Shown: positions 28,018 to 38,365, counted from the first letter of the stretch. The stretch is 64,000 bases of DNA from Bdellovibrionota bacterium (GCA_035292885.1 DATDPG010000019.1:59570-123569), one strand, 5' to 3'. Notes: a model not told the origin generated them from the letters alone. Program-made: numbers and translations.

Positions 28018-30256
28018 GTAATTCTTTGAGAGCAGATCGTTCTTCGTCCGAGGCAAAGAGCGTGGCTCCGGTCTTTAGAAGGTCGGAAACGACATGGTCG
28101 ATCGGTCGAACGGTTTTTCGCTTTTGTTCATCGCTCAGATCGCCGATAAACGGCCACAGTCCCTTTTTCAGATCGGCGGGAAGGACCTGCTCCAGATATT
28201 CGAGGGCGAAGCTCCTGAGCTTTTCGTTCTCGAGAAGAATTCCATAATAGGCCGCCCGAACCGCCTCGGGCTCCAGCACCAGCGCCAACATACGGAAGGT
28301 ATGCTCGATCCCGAGCTCCCCTCGGCGTCCCACCCGTTCGGACACGAGATCATCCTCTTCCGGCTCGGTTTCATCCAAAAGCCGGTGCAGTTCCCAGACC
28401 GGCTTTCCACGGCTGACTTCCCCTTTCAAGGCTTCCCACACACCCGTCTTCCAATTTGTCTCCGACACCGGAAGGCCATGCTTTCGGCGGTTGGCTAAAG
28501 CGATCGCCGAACGATATCGAACTTCGAACCGTGAGTCTCCCAGAGCCACGACAAGCGCCTCATCCGCTTTGGCGATCGGAACTTTCGCCAGGACACGGGG
28601 GATTCTCCTGCGGATGACGAAATCGTTGTTTTCGTCCCGGAGAATCCCCGCCAACACGTGGAATCCGCCAGCCCCGACTCGAACCAAAGCGTGCGTGACA
28701 AGATCCTGAAGATCTTTTTGTGCCAGGAGACGGACGAGAGTCTCCGCATGGCTTTCATTCCAGTCCGTTTTCTCCATCAGCGCTTTTCGAACCTCGGTGG
28801 GATTTTTGGATTGAATCCGTTCCAATGTCGTGCTCTTCGTTGGCGTGACCGGCGCTTGAGAGACTTTGGCTGCACCCGAGGGTGGAAGGAGACCTCGGGC
28901 CTCCAAGTCGGCGGCTATACCCAGCCGGCTGAAGGTCGCCGTCAAAAGCCCTCTCCCCTCAAATCGGGCATCCGCCAGCATTCGTTCCGGTTCCGCCTTA
29001 TCCCGCAGCTGTTGAACGAGCGTCTCAAAATACTTCCTTCCGATTTGCCGGCTCAGCCCCAAGAAACCGAGGGCTGAGACTCCCACAAGAATCGAAAGGT
29101 ATTTGGAGGGAAGGCCTCCCAAGGTGATGCATAGAAAAATGAGTCCCGATCCGGCCCCTTCGGCAGCCGCGTCGACCAAAGAATCAATGAAGGTCTTCGT
29201 TTTTCGCCGGACCTGCGTGGGAAGAGGGATGTACACAACTTCGACGGCCGACCGAAAAATGGATTTCCGGATCGAATTGTCCGCGCCGCGCGCCAACGTG
29301 GCCGCTATTAATCCGGGCAAGAGAAAAAGCCCGGTGGAGCCGGCCAGCAAAACCATCGGCAGAACTGCGAACGTGGTCCCGACACCCGTCCTCGCCAAAA
29401 GCGGCGCTGTAACAACGACCTGAAGAAGAAGAGAAATAAGGCCGGTCCAACCGTAGAAGCTCCCGAAAAACCCGGCCAGCTGTTCCCTCGACTGCAAGGA
29501 AGCTCGAACTTGTTCCTTGAATTGATAGTCGAGGAGCGTGCTCGCTAACGTTGCCGCGAAAACGATTGAAGCCAACGTCCGCAGATGCTCGTTCCGCCAT
29601 ACGAGATGCAAGCTCTCACGCGTACTGGTCCGTTCGCCCTCCTTTTCCTTAGGGTCCATGTCCTTTCGCGCCGGAAGCAGGACTTGCAGAAGCAAAAAGA
29701 GGCCGACAAGCCCAATTAACGCCGGGATCATTTGAACGAGGCCGATCTGTTTGATCAGCGGCTTGATGGACGTACCCAGAGTGAGGGCGCCGATGGTCCC
29801 TCCGGCGCTGATTAACGCAAACAAACGCTTGGCGCGGCGAATCGGAAAAAATTCCGCCGTGACCACCCAGAAGCCGGAGGTCAAGACGAATGCGCCCAGC
29901 GCCGTCCAGAGGTAAAAGACAACCACGGCGGAAGCATTTTGCGTCGCAACCGGCCAAAGTGCGAGAAGGCCCATCGCGAATAGAAACACCGCGTAACGAA
30001 GGACACGTTGAGCTCCGTACCGGGCCATAAGTTTGGAAAACGTCCCAATCGTTGGCAACGCCAGAACCACGACGGCGGTCGTGATATACGGGAGCGTCTT
30101 GACGTCGAATGTGCCAAGGTAGAGGGCCTCACGAAGGGAGCGCCCGAGAATCATCATTCCGACGACGAAAAACGCGCCGAGAAAACAGAGAGCAACCGTA
30201 GGGAACTCGCCCGGCCTTATGTCAAGCCAACTTGTGAGCCGCTGGGCGGGTTTCAT
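28004..30256 (-). CDS. TLC/MFS-like 12-TM transporter fused to C-terminal HEAT-repeat domain
   Basis: N-terminal 430 aa polytopic domain (GRSLREALYLGTFDVKTLPYITTAVVV resembles ATP:ADP antiporter-family openings). C-terminal 300 aa of repeated alpha-helical HEAT-like units (ALVRVGAGG...LAKVP...ALVVALGDSRFEVRYRSAIALAN). Confidence 0.55.
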   Translation of the reverse strand: MKPAQRLTSWLDIRPGEFPTVALCFLGAFFVVGMMILGRSLREALYLGTFDVKTLPYITTAVVVLALPTIGTFSKLMARYGAQRVLRYAVFLFAMGLLALWPVATQNASAVVVFYLWTALGAFVLTSGFWVVTAEFFPIRRAKRLFALISAGGTIGALTLGTSIKPLIKQIGLVQMIPALIGLVGLFLLLQVLLPARKDMDPKEKEGERTSTRESLHLVWRNEHLRTLASIVFAATLASTLLDYQFKEQVRASLQSREQLAGFFGSFYGWTGLISLLLQVVVTAPLLARTGVGTTFAVLPMVLLAGSTGLFLLPGLIAATLARGADNSIRKSIFRSAVEVVYIPLPTQVRRKTKTFIDSLVDAAAEGAGSGLIFLCITLGGLPSKYLSILVGVSALGFLGLSRQIGRKYFETLVQQLRDKAEPERMLADARFEGRGLLTATFSRLGIAADLEARGLLPPSGAAKVSQAPVTPTKSTTLERIQSKNPTEVRKALMEKTDWNESHAETLVRLLAQKDLQDLVTHALVRVGAGGFHVLAGILRDENNDFVIRRRIPRVLAKVPIAKADEALVVALGDSRFEVRYRSAIALANRRKHGLPVSETNWKTGVWEALKGEVSRGKPVWELHRLLDETEPEEDDLVSERVGRRGELGIEHTFRMLALVLEPEAVRAAYYGILLENEKLRSFALEYLEQVLPADLKKGLWPFIGDLSDEQKRKTVRPIDHVVSDLLKTGATLFASDEERSALKELLKDA

Positions 30257-30269
30257 TCAGAGGTGTTTA

Positions 30270-31850
30270 CTACGCCGCCTCGGCGAAGTCGACCGGCTGG
30301 CGATGAAGCGACCACCACTCCCTCGCCTGATTCTGCGTCCAGAGTCTGTTGGGTTCACAGGTTTCAAGCGCACCGAGGAACTCGTCCATATTTTGAAAGC
30401 GATCTTCGGGCTTCTTGGCCAGACACCGAAGAACGAACCGGTCCAACGCTTCGGGAATGGCGATCTCGGAGAGTTCGGAAGGTGGTTTAGGGTCGGTCTT
30501 GGCGTGATCGACGAGAAGCTCGACGTTGGACGACGCGGCAAAAAGCGGCTGTCCCGTGAGCAACCAGAAGGTCACCGCTCCCAGATTATAGATATCGGCA
30601 CGATGATCCACTTTCGATGAGCCGTACACCATCTCCGGCGCGATGTACCGAGGGGTCCCGAAAATCACTCCGGTCTTCGTCAAGTGGGAGGCTCCGTCAA
30701 TTTTCATCTCTTTGGCCAGACCGAAATCCAGAACCTTTACGAAATCGTAAATGCCACCCCGTTCCGTCAGAAAAATATTCGCCGGCTTGATATCGCGGTG
30801 AATGATGTCCTTGTTGTGAGCTTCACCGAGCGAGCCGGCGACCTGACGGAGAATATGAATGGTACGAGCGGCCGGCAGGGGACCGTATTTCTCGACGATC
30901 TCCTGAAGGTTTAGGCCGTCCAGGAACTCCATCACGTAAAAAAATTTGTTGTCGTCCGTCCGTCCGAAATCATAAATTGAAATCGTATTGGGATGACTGA
31001 GTGTCGAGGCCAGTTGAACCTCCCGTTCGAAACGTTGGATCGCCGCTCCGGAATCGTCGTCGCCCGGCACAAGCATCTTTAATGCGGTCGGCCGGTGCAT
31101 CATGGCGTGATGGGCGATATAGACCTTTCCCATGCCGCCGCTCCCGATCTCTTTTTCCAGGATGTAATTGCCGACTTGCTTCGCTTGATGGAGGTCCTTT
31201 CGCATGTTGTAAAGCGTCTTTGTGACCAGAGCCGAGACAAGACCATATATCGCGATTTGAATCGCTTGCGCCGGTGTGGCTCCGACCATCGCGTCGTATC
31301 CTCCACGCGTCTCCCAAAAGGTTTGGACGGAAGGGAACCAGAGATAGGACAAGAATCGCATGACGACGAAACCGAGTGTTGCCCAAACGCCCATGCTGAT
31401 CTGGCAACTCAAGAGACAGGGAACAAATGCCGCGTGTACGAAAAGTATCAATGAAATCGGAAAAAGTGGAGCCTCGGCCGGAAATGCGATGGCCCCAACC
31501 CACGTAGCCAGCAAAAGGTTGAAATGGAATACAACGTTATCGATCGTGCGGAGGGTCCCCGCTCGCCAATCCTTCAAGGAACGTAGAAAAAGCAGTGCTC
31601 CGGCAAAAGAAGCGGCATGAATCCATTTGGAAATCAGAACCCAATTCGGCGCGATCACACTTTCCCATTGAACCGGGCCCCACAAGTATTTTGTAATAAC
31701 CCAGCCGATCACACTGAGCGTCAGGCCCAAATAGGAGACGAGAATCAGGCGCTGATGAAGAAGCCCGCACCTCTCCTTCTGAAACGAGTCGCTCGTCTGG
31801 GCGGGCGACGGTTCCTTTTTCTTACAGCAAAGGGGCATCGTGATCGGCAT
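30270..31850 (-). CDS. Ser/Thr protein kinase with N-terminal polytopic membrane domain (paralog of 26428..28017)
   Basis: Same architecture and extensive identity with the other kinase (GSGGMGKVY, HRDIKPANIFL, DFGLAKE, GTPRYIAPE, and an AQAREWW C-terminus shared by both). Confidence 0.8.
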   Translation of the reverse strand: MPITMPLCCKKKEPSPAQTSDSFQKERCGLLHQRLILVSYLGLTLSVIGWVITKYLWGPVQWESVIAPNWVLISKWIHAASFAGALLFLRSLKDWRAGTLRTIDNVVFHFNLLLATWVGAIAFPAEAPLFPISLILFVHAAFVPCLLSCQISMGVWATLGFVVMRFLSYLWFPSVQTFWETRGGYDAMVGATPAQAIQIAIYGLVSALVTKTLYNMRKDLHQAKQVGNYILEKEIGSGGMGKVYIAHHAMMHRPTALKMLVPGDDDSGAAIQRFEREVQLASTLSHPNTISIYDFGRTDDNKFFYVMEFLDGLNLQEIVEKYGPLPAARTIHILRQVAGSLGEAHNKDIIHRDIKPANIFLTERGGIYDFVKVLDFGLAKEMKIDGASHLTKTGVIFGTPRYIAPEMVYGSSKVDHRADIYNLGAVTFWLLTGQPLFAASSNVELLVDHAKTDPKPPSELSEIAIPEALDRFVLRCLAKKPEDRFQNMDEFLGALETCEPNRLWTQNQAREWWSLHRQPVDFAEAA

Positions 31851-31927
31851 ACGCTCGCATCTCCCGGTGGGGCCTATCTAGCGATGATAATGATCATTGT
31901 CCAGGAGGTCCCCGTATCTCCTTTATA

Positions 31928-33238
31928 TTGATTCAGTCCGGAGGAAGGTCTAAAAATTACAAATTGATTCCAAGGGCTTACACGGTTCTTTTGGGGATCC
32001 TCTGCACGATGACGCCTGCGGTCGCGGAAACCGTACCCGCGCCGATCTCCGGAACAGAACCGGAAACCCCGGTCGTCATCCAGGAAAAGGAACCTCGCTG
32101 GCCCAAAATCCTCGCTTTTCCCTTGGATCTTCCACCGACGGTTGTTCGCGGCGTCGGTCTCCCTTTCTCCATGTTCGCGAATTGGGCCGAGGAGACGAAC
32201 CTGCCCCTTCGGGCGCTGGAGTTTTTTTCCAACGATGACCGAACGGCGTATTGGTACCCGACCTTTCGAATCGGCGGTAAGGGAGGCGCATTTTTCGGCG
32301 CCGGAGGAAAGCACCGAGACCTTTTCGGGAGGGGATACAGCGGTTCGGCGCTCGCGAATGTTTCGTTAGGCCTCGATCTCGATGCCAAACTTTCCTTCAC
32401 GCATCCTCATCTCGGAAACAGCGATGTCGCCGGAGGTTTGGCCGCAACGTATTACCGGCGGCAACTGGAGGAATACTACGGCATCGGCAACGATTCCCGG
32501 GCGGAAGATTCCCGGAAATTCGAAGGGCGTCTTTTATATTTGTCCGCGCCGCTTGGCGGACAATGGGGTCGTCATTTCAATTGGGACGCGGCGGCGAAGT
32601 ACGCGGTTCTTGAGCAAGATGAGGCTTTCCCTGGAGATTTAAGCGGCAATTTTCCGTCCAACGAACTCTTCGGATTGGGCGAGTCGATCTCGGGGGGAGA
32701 CTTCGGCTTTGGTCTTCGTTGGGACGACCGGGATTTTAAAGGAGCGCCCGGGAAAGGGACGGTGATCAAGGGTTCGTTCAACGGCTTTGTTGGAGAGAAC
32801 GATTTTCGTTTTATTCGGACCAAAGCGGCGTTCAGCCGTTTTCTGACGCTCCGAAAACGAGGGCGAACGCTCGGTTTCGGCGGACGGTTTGAGTGGGCGG
32901 CTACGCCCGGGGGCGGCGAAATTCCGTTCACTTTCGTTCCATACTTGGGCGGAAGCGGAAATTTTCGCGCCTACGACGATTTTCGGTTCCGAGACAACGC
33001 GCTGTTTATGCTGATTAGCGAGTACCGTTATCCGCTCTGGCGGTACGCCGACATGGCGCTCTTTTTTGAAAGCGGCCGTGTCGCGGGCAGCCCGAGAGAT
33101 CTAAGTTTCCACGATCTGCACTACTCGTACGGCGCTGAAATTCGTTTTCGGACGCTCGACATCGCCTTTTTTCAAATTCTCATCGCTCACGGGGAGGACG
33201 GGTTCCGCGCGACGATGTCTCTGAACCAAAGTCTATGA
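31928..33238 (+). CDS. Omp85/BamA-superfamily-like outer-membrane beta-barrel protein
   Basis: Signal peptide. C-terminal LGGSGNFRAYDDFRFRDNALFMLISEYRYPL...GAEIRFRT resembles Bac_surface_Ag barrel strands. Confidence 0.45.
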   Translation: MIQSGGRSKNYKLIPRAYTVLLGILCTMTPAVAETVPAPISGTEPETPVVIQEKEPRWPKILAFPLDLPPTVVRGVGLPFSMFANWAEETNLPLRALEFFSNDDRTAYWYPTFRIGGKGGAFFGAGGKHRDLFGRGYSGSALANVSLGLDLDAKLSFTHPHLGNSDVAGGLAATYYRRQLEEYYGIGNDSRAEDSRKFEGRLLYLSAPLGGQWGRHFNWDAAAKYAVLEQDEAFPGDLSGNFPSNELFGLGESISGGDFGFGLRWDDRDFKGAPGKGTVIKGSFNGFVGENDFRFIRTKAAFSRFLTLRKRGRTLGFGGRFEWAATPGGGEIPFTFVPYLGGSGNFRAYDDFRFRDNALFMLISEYRYPLWRYADMALFFESGRVAGSPRDLSFHDLHYSYGAEIRFRTLDIAFFQILIAHGEDGFRATMSLNQSL

Positions 33239-34989
33239 ACGCACCCTTTTTTCGCACGGTCCTGATCGTTTTATCCGTCACGGGTTGCACGCATCATTCG
33301 CCTGCGCCGATTCTCACGCAGCACCAAATCGCCGACGATCGGAAGCCGATCGCCCCGGTCAAGGAGCGAACCGACTTGAAATATGGCGAAGTCGCCGATC
33401 GAAACACGTTCGAGCGACTTGCACGGGTCGCGGACGTTCGAACCTACCTAACGGGCGTAGGAAATAGCCTGGGCGGTGACTGGGGCCCCGAAGCCCTCAA
33501 CGCGAACTCGTTCGACGAAGTCGCCGACTCCAGCTGGTTTACGAATCGGAATGCACGCCAGGAGGTCGCTCTCGATATTCTTCGAGACGGCCCGCCGCCG
33601 GCGATTCACCTGTCGACCGTAGGGCCACTCGCCATTATCAGCGGCAAGGGATCGGGGGATATTCCGGGATTCATCGTGGCGGACCCAAACAACCAGCGGT
33701 TCCTTCTGAAGTTCGATTCGAGCGAATATTGCGGCCTATCGACGTCGACCGACGTCATCTCCAGCCGTTTCTTGTATGCCGCCGGTTACAATACTCGGGA
33801 AACACGGATCGAGCATATCGATCCGGCTCGATTCGTTCTCGATCCGAAAGCAAAAACCAAAGACCGCTTCGGGAAGAAGGTTCCGATGGATCAGGAGGCG
33901 TTTGCTCGCCTGATCGCCCGGCTTCCCGGCTGCCGGAAAGACGGAAAAGTTCGAACGATGGCCAGTCGCTTTTTGGAAGGGAAACCTGCCGGCCCGTTCT
34001 CCTATCAGGGTCGACGCGCCGACGACCCCAATGACAGGCTTCCCCATCAACACCGGCGGGAGTTGCGCGGTCTCGTGGTTCTGGCGTCATGGATCAACAA
34101 CACCGACTTTCAGGATTACAACACGCTCGACATGTTCAAGGAGGCGGGCGATGGGAATGGGCATCTCGTCCATTACTTGCTCGACTTCGGCGGATCCTTC
34201 GGCCACGGGACGCTCCACCCGAAACAAAATTACCAGGGCCATATTCATTTTATTGATTTCGAGGAAGCAGGATTAAATCTTCTGACGTTCGGACTTCGCG
34301 ATCCCGTCTGGGCGCAAGATTTCCCAATTCGGTATCGGTCGATCGGAAACTTTCGGGCCGACAACTTCGACCCATCGGAGTGGCGGCCGAGCAATCCCCA
34401 TCCGGCCCAGCAACAAATGACCGAACGAGACGGATTCTGGGGGGCGAAGCTGGTGGCCTCTTTTTCCGATGAACAGATCCGCACCGCCGTCCGGGCCGCC
34501 GAGCTTCCCGAAGATGGGGCCGAAGAGGAGATGGTTCGAATTCTAAAAAGTCGGAGGGACACGATCGCGAAGTACTGGTTTTCAAAGGTCGGAGCTCTCG
34601 ATCGTTTTGTCATCGAAGGGGACGTCCCCACCGTCCGATTTGTAGACTGGAACCAGGCGGGGCTCTGGCGGCCGACGCAGGCTGTGTCGTATCGCTGGCA
34701 TCTTCGAGGGAGGAAAATCTATCGTAGCGGTACGACACTCAAACCTCGGATCGAATTATTCGCAACGAAGGAGGCATTCGAAACTTGGCAGAAACAGATC
34801 CGTAAGAGCGCCGATCGTTACCTGCGACTGAACATCACGCCGATGATCGAAGATCCCGTCAGCCTGCCGTACGAGAAAGTTGCAACAACCGCTCGCGCGG
34901 CGGGCCACTCGACCGAGGCGAGCATTTTCCTCCATGATGACGGTCGATTCTATTGGGTTGGAACCGATCGAAAGCGATCGTCGAACTAA
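33235..34989 (+). CDS. large lipoprotein of unknown function, translationally coupled to the Omp85-like gene
   Basis: ATGA overlap. Signal ending VTGC. 584 aa. Contains WINNTDFQDYN and LLDFGGSFG segments. Confidence 0.45.
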   Translation: MNAPFFRTVLIVLSVTGCTHHSPAPILTQHQIADDRKPIAPVKERTDLKYGEVADRNTFERLARVADVRTYLTGVGNSLGGDWGPEALNANSFDEVADSSWFTNRNARQEVALDILRDGPPPAIHLSTVGPLAIISGKGSGDIPGFIVADPNNQRFLLKFDSSEYCGLSTSTDVISSRFLYAAGYNTRETRIEHIDPARFVLDPKAKTKDRFGKKVPMDQEAFARLIARLPGCRKDGKVRTMASRFLEGKPAGPFSYQGRRADDPNDRLPHQHRRELRGLVVLASWINNTDFQDYNTLDMFKEAGDGNGHLVHYLLDFGGSFGHGTLHPKQNYQGHIHFIDFEEAGLNLLTFGLRDPVWAQDFPIRYRSIGNFRADNFDPSEWRPSNPHPAQQQMTERDGFWGAKLVASFSDEQIRTAVRAAELPEDGAEEEMVRILKSRRDTIAKYWFSKVGALDRFVIEGDVPTVRFVDWNQAGLWRPTQAVSYRWHLRGRKIYRSGTTLKPRIELFATKEAFETWQKQIRKSADRYLRLNITPMIEDPVSLPYEKVATTARAAGHSTEASIFLHDDGRFYWVGTDRKRSSN

Positions 34990-35075
34990 GTCAGGCGCCA
35001 CGTAAGCTGCTGGAATTACTTACGATTTAAATACCTTAAAAGTCAGCCGCATAAATCGTAAAATAGAAATACTCC

Positions 35076-35861
35076 TTGTTCCGCCATTCCAATACGGGTC
35101 GTATTCTGCTGTTTTTGACAGTCCTGATCTCCATCACTTCGGCGCAGGCGGCGGAAGATTTTTCACCGGGATCCTTTGAACTGCCGCCCCATCCTCGTTT
35201 TACGGCATTCAGACAGAGCCTATTGGCCGAACAAGCAGCCCTCATCGCCGGAACAACCTTCGCCGCATCGTTTCTGGCGTATCGCCTGGTGGATACACCG
35301 CTCGGGGTCGACGGAAGCGCCGGCGCTTTAGGACCCGCCAGTCAATGGATCTCGGATATCGGCAACTATCTTCCGTTTGCGCTGCCGGTCGGGTTTTTTG
35401 CCGCGGGCCAGTTTTTCGAAAAGGGAAGTCTGGAGAGGTCCGAGGCATTTAAGACGGCCCAGGAGTTGGCCGAAGCGATCGCCCTAACCTACGGAACGAC
35501 GATAGGACTCAAGTACGCCGTGGGCCGAACGAGACCGAACGGTCAGGATGATGCATCGTTCCCCTCCGGTCACGCGTCGATGGCCTTTGCTGCGGCCGGC
35601 GTCCTCGCGCAACGATTTCCTTGGTACGTTGGCGTCCCCTCCGTGGCGTTCGCCAGCGCAGTTGGGTTCACCCGGTTGGACCTGGGCAAACACTACCTCT
35701 CCGATGTCGCTGTCGGAGCAGGATTGGGTCTCTTCTTCGCCACCACGGTTCACCTCTACCATTCCAATTTGTCTTTTATGGCCCATAAGCCATCGCAGCA
35801 GACGGTTGTCCCGATGGTGGCAAAAAACATTTTAGGTCTCAGCTTCACGGGGACCTTTTAG
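35076..35861 (+). CDS. PAP2-superfamily phosphatase, secreted/membrane
   Basis: KYAVGRTRP, PSGH and HYLSDV motifs (the KxxxxxxRP / PSGH / SRxxxxxHxxxD tripartite PAP2 signature). Confidence 0.75.
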   Translation: MFRHSNTGRILLFLTVLISITSAQAAEDFSPGSFELPPHPRFTAFRQSLLAEQAALIAGTTFAASFLAYRLVDTPLGVDGSAGALGPASQWISDIGNYLPFALPVGFFAAGQFFEKGSLERSEAFKTAQELAEAIALTYGTTIGLKYAVGRTRPNGQDDASFPSGHASMAFAAAGVLAQRFPWYVGVPSVAFASAVGFTRLDLGKHYLSDVAVGAGLGLFFATTVHLYHSNLSFMAHKPSQQTVVPMVAKNILGLSFTGTF

Positions 35862-35955
35862 TCTTCGATTTGGAAATCGGCCGACGTCGCTGCTGACTCA
35901 GGTGATCAAGTAAACCCGCTTGATTTTAGCGGTTTATGTGGTATAACGCCTTGCG

Positions 35956-37113
35956 TTGGTATCCACAAAAAAAATCATCTTTTTCTTATTCGCTTTGATA
36001 ACCTTTGCACCCCCCTCCCAGGCGGAGGGGCCGGTCCTGGGTATCGGCGATGTCTTAAATCTTCTTACCGAGCTGCGTAGGTTCCATCAGAATTGCATTC
36101 CGGACGATGGCAGAGAGGTTTCCGAGGATACCCACGCGTTTTTAAATGAATGGAACAACCTCTCCACTCTGCCGTTCAACGCAATCGACTACCCGGCTCT
36201 GGCCGCAAAGATGGGGCCGAGTCTCTTACGAATGGGGAAGCTTCTCCACAGATACACCTATGGCGGGTCCTATGACGAACTGAATCCCGGTCATTCACGG
36301 GAGTTCGGCAACGGTACAAGGAGTCGCAATTTCAGGGGACGCCGCAATCATGAACTCAGAGATCCGGAGAATTGCGGCCCGCCGGTCGTCGACAGAATTC
36401 TCGCTGAGAAACAATGGGACAGAGTCCCCGGTTTCGACCCCAGCGTTTGGCGGCAACGTAATTCATTGGTAACGCAAGCCAGATCGCTCCTTCAACCGAG
36501 TCTAATCGTAACGGCGACGACAGCAGCGGCTGTCGCTGCGCTCTCTAGTCTCGCTTTACGTCAACCATCCGCTCTCCTCTCTCAAGCGAGTTCACCAATA
36601 ATTATGCCCAGGCTAACGGACCAGATCGTTCCAGACGCCGAGATACGACGTGACCCACCAGAAGTGTTCCTCGCTCTTTGCAGCGCTATCACATCGAATG
36701 GCCGGTGCGAACCGGAGCTCGATATAAACTGGCAAAAGCTTTACGTGTTGTATGCCTCGCGGGCGATCAACGACTTTTCCGAAGTGGTGACGAAGGAAAT
36801 CGAATTCCGGGAGAAAATCCTACAAGGTTACCGACCGACTCTCGCCCAACTGCTGGAGATGTACGCGCGCCGAGATGTTCTGGGTCAGATCAAGATCTGC
36901 GACGGAAACATCGAGAGCTGTTTGCCTCCTGAAAAGGGTTTTCATTATCAAAAGGCCGCACAGATTCTTCAATGTCTTGATAACGATGCGGAAGGCTGTC
37001 GTGAACTTCCGGAAGGCTTCGGGAAGCTCAGCCGGGGCTACGTTGATAAAGCGATCAAACGACAGTTCGGAATAAGACCTTTTCCATCTCGCCTTCCTCC
37101 GAAGTGGAGCTAA
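35956..37113 (+). CDS. hypothetical secreted protein
   Basis: TTG start in an AT-rich patch. Signal peptide. No recognisable domain. Confidence 0.4.
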   Translation: MVSTKKIIFFLFALITFAPPSQAEGPVLGIGDVLNLLTELRRFHQNCIPDDGREVSEDTHAFLNEWNNLSTLPFNAIDYPALAAKMGPSLLRMGKLLHRYTYGGSYDELNPGHSREFGNGTRSRNFRGRRNHELRDPENCGPPVVDRILAEKQWDRVPGFDPSVWRQRNSLVTQARSLLQPSLIVTATTAAAVAALSSLALRQPSALLSQASSPIIMPRLTDQIVPDAEIRRDPPEVFLALCSAITSNGRCEPELDINWQKLYVLYASRAINDFSEVVTKEIEFREKILQGYRPTLAQLLEMYARRDVLGQIKICDGNIESCLPPEKGFHYQKAAQILQCLDNDAEGCRELPEGFGKLSRGYVDKAIKRQFGIRPFPSRLPPKWS

Positions 37114-37129
37114 ACAACAGAATATGCGT

Positions 37130-38365
37130 CTACGGTAAGTGCTTCGCATTCGGACTCGCCGGAGCCAGGCTCGTCAGAAACGCATAGAGATCCGCCATCT
37201 CCCGGCCCGTCAGTTTGGGCCACTTCAAGTGTTGCTCGGTATGCTTCTCTTGCATCTCGGTGGAGTGGTTCCACATCGCCGCGACCATGCCCATGGGGGA
37301 GTTCAATTTGCTGATGGCGGCGAAATCTTTCGCCGCGTTTCGTCCCTTGCCGTTTAAGGAGTGGCACGTCAGGCATTCTCGGTCCCTAACGAGATTCTCC
37401 CCTGTGGCGGGGCTCCCCGGTGCGTCCTCCAGTTTCATGCTGTAGAGATACGCGATGACGTGCGCCATCTCCCCCTCCTTGAAATCCGGGAACGTGAGTT
37501 TCTTTTCTTTCATCATCTCCCACATGGCGGGGCCGTGATTCCACATCTTGGCCGCGATCTCGGTCACGGGATAGTTGAAATCGACCTCAGCGAAATCGGG
37601 CGCCGTGGTTGGTGGTTTGGCACGGAACGAATGGCAATGCATGCACCCTTTTTCGGTCAAGAGTTCCTTCCCCTTTGAGGGATCGCCGAGGTCATAGTCG
37701 CTGGCCGGGAAGACGGTCGGGGCCATATACGAACGGATTCCGGCGGCCAGGGCGTCCATCTCGTCCTCTTCGATGACGGGCCGATCGATCTTGTACTTCT
37801 CAAAAAGCGCCAGCATTTTCGGGCCATGGTTCCACATCGCTTCCGCCAGTCGGATGGGGGAGATGTATTCCTTTTTCGCGCTGATGTCGGGAGCGATTCG
37901 GGCGCCTTCCCCTCCAAATTGATGACAAGAGAAGCATCCCTTTTCCTTCAGCACCTTTCTTCCCATCGATTCCCTCACCGGTTCCGCCATGTACCGGATG
38001 AAAGAGAGATAGCGAACCAGCTCGGACATCTCCTTCGGCGTGAACTTCGGAAAGGCATACCCTTTGGTCTCGATCTTCTTCGCCATTCTCGGAAGGTGAT
38101 TCCACATGACGGAAGAAAGCTCGAGGTATGTACCGTAAAACTTGCGGTTGCCCAGGTCGGGACCGCCGCGGCCCCCCCTCCCGTACACGGAATGGCACTG
38201 CGCGCATCCCTTCTGATGGAAGACTTCCCGACCCGGCCACGGTGAGGCCGAAGTGGCTGCTTCCTGCGCCCGAAGGGCGAAAATGGAGCCGGATGACATC
38301 AGGAGATACGCGAGAATGAATTGCAGGAGGCGGATGCAGTTTCTCCGGGTAGTGGACATAGTCAC
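37130..38365 (-). CDS. tetraheme cytochrome c of four class-I domains (paralog of 21720..22931)
   Basis: Signal peptide. Four CxxCH motifs, each with a GPD and a downstream MWNH motif. Confidence 0.75.
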   Translation of the reverse strand: MTMSTTRRNCIRLLQFILAYLLMSSGSIFALRAQEAATSASPWPGREVFHQKGCAQCHSVYGRGGRGGPDLGNRKFYGTYLELSSVMWNHLPRMAKKIETKGYAFPKFTPKEMSELVRYLSFIRYMAEPVRESMGRKVLKEKGCFSCHQFGGEGARIAPDISAKKEYISPIRLAEAMWNHGPKMLALFEKYKIDRPVIEEDEMDALAAGIRSYMAPTVFPASDYDLGDPSKGKELLTEKGCMHCHSFRAKPPTTAPDFAEVDFNYPVTEIAAKMWNHGPAMWEMMKEKKLTFPDFKEGEMAHVIAYLYSMKLEDAPGSPATGENLVRDRECLTCHSLNGKGRNAAKDFAAISKLNSPMGMVAAMWNHSTEMQEKHTEQHLKWPKLTGREMADLYAFLTSLAPASPNAKHLP

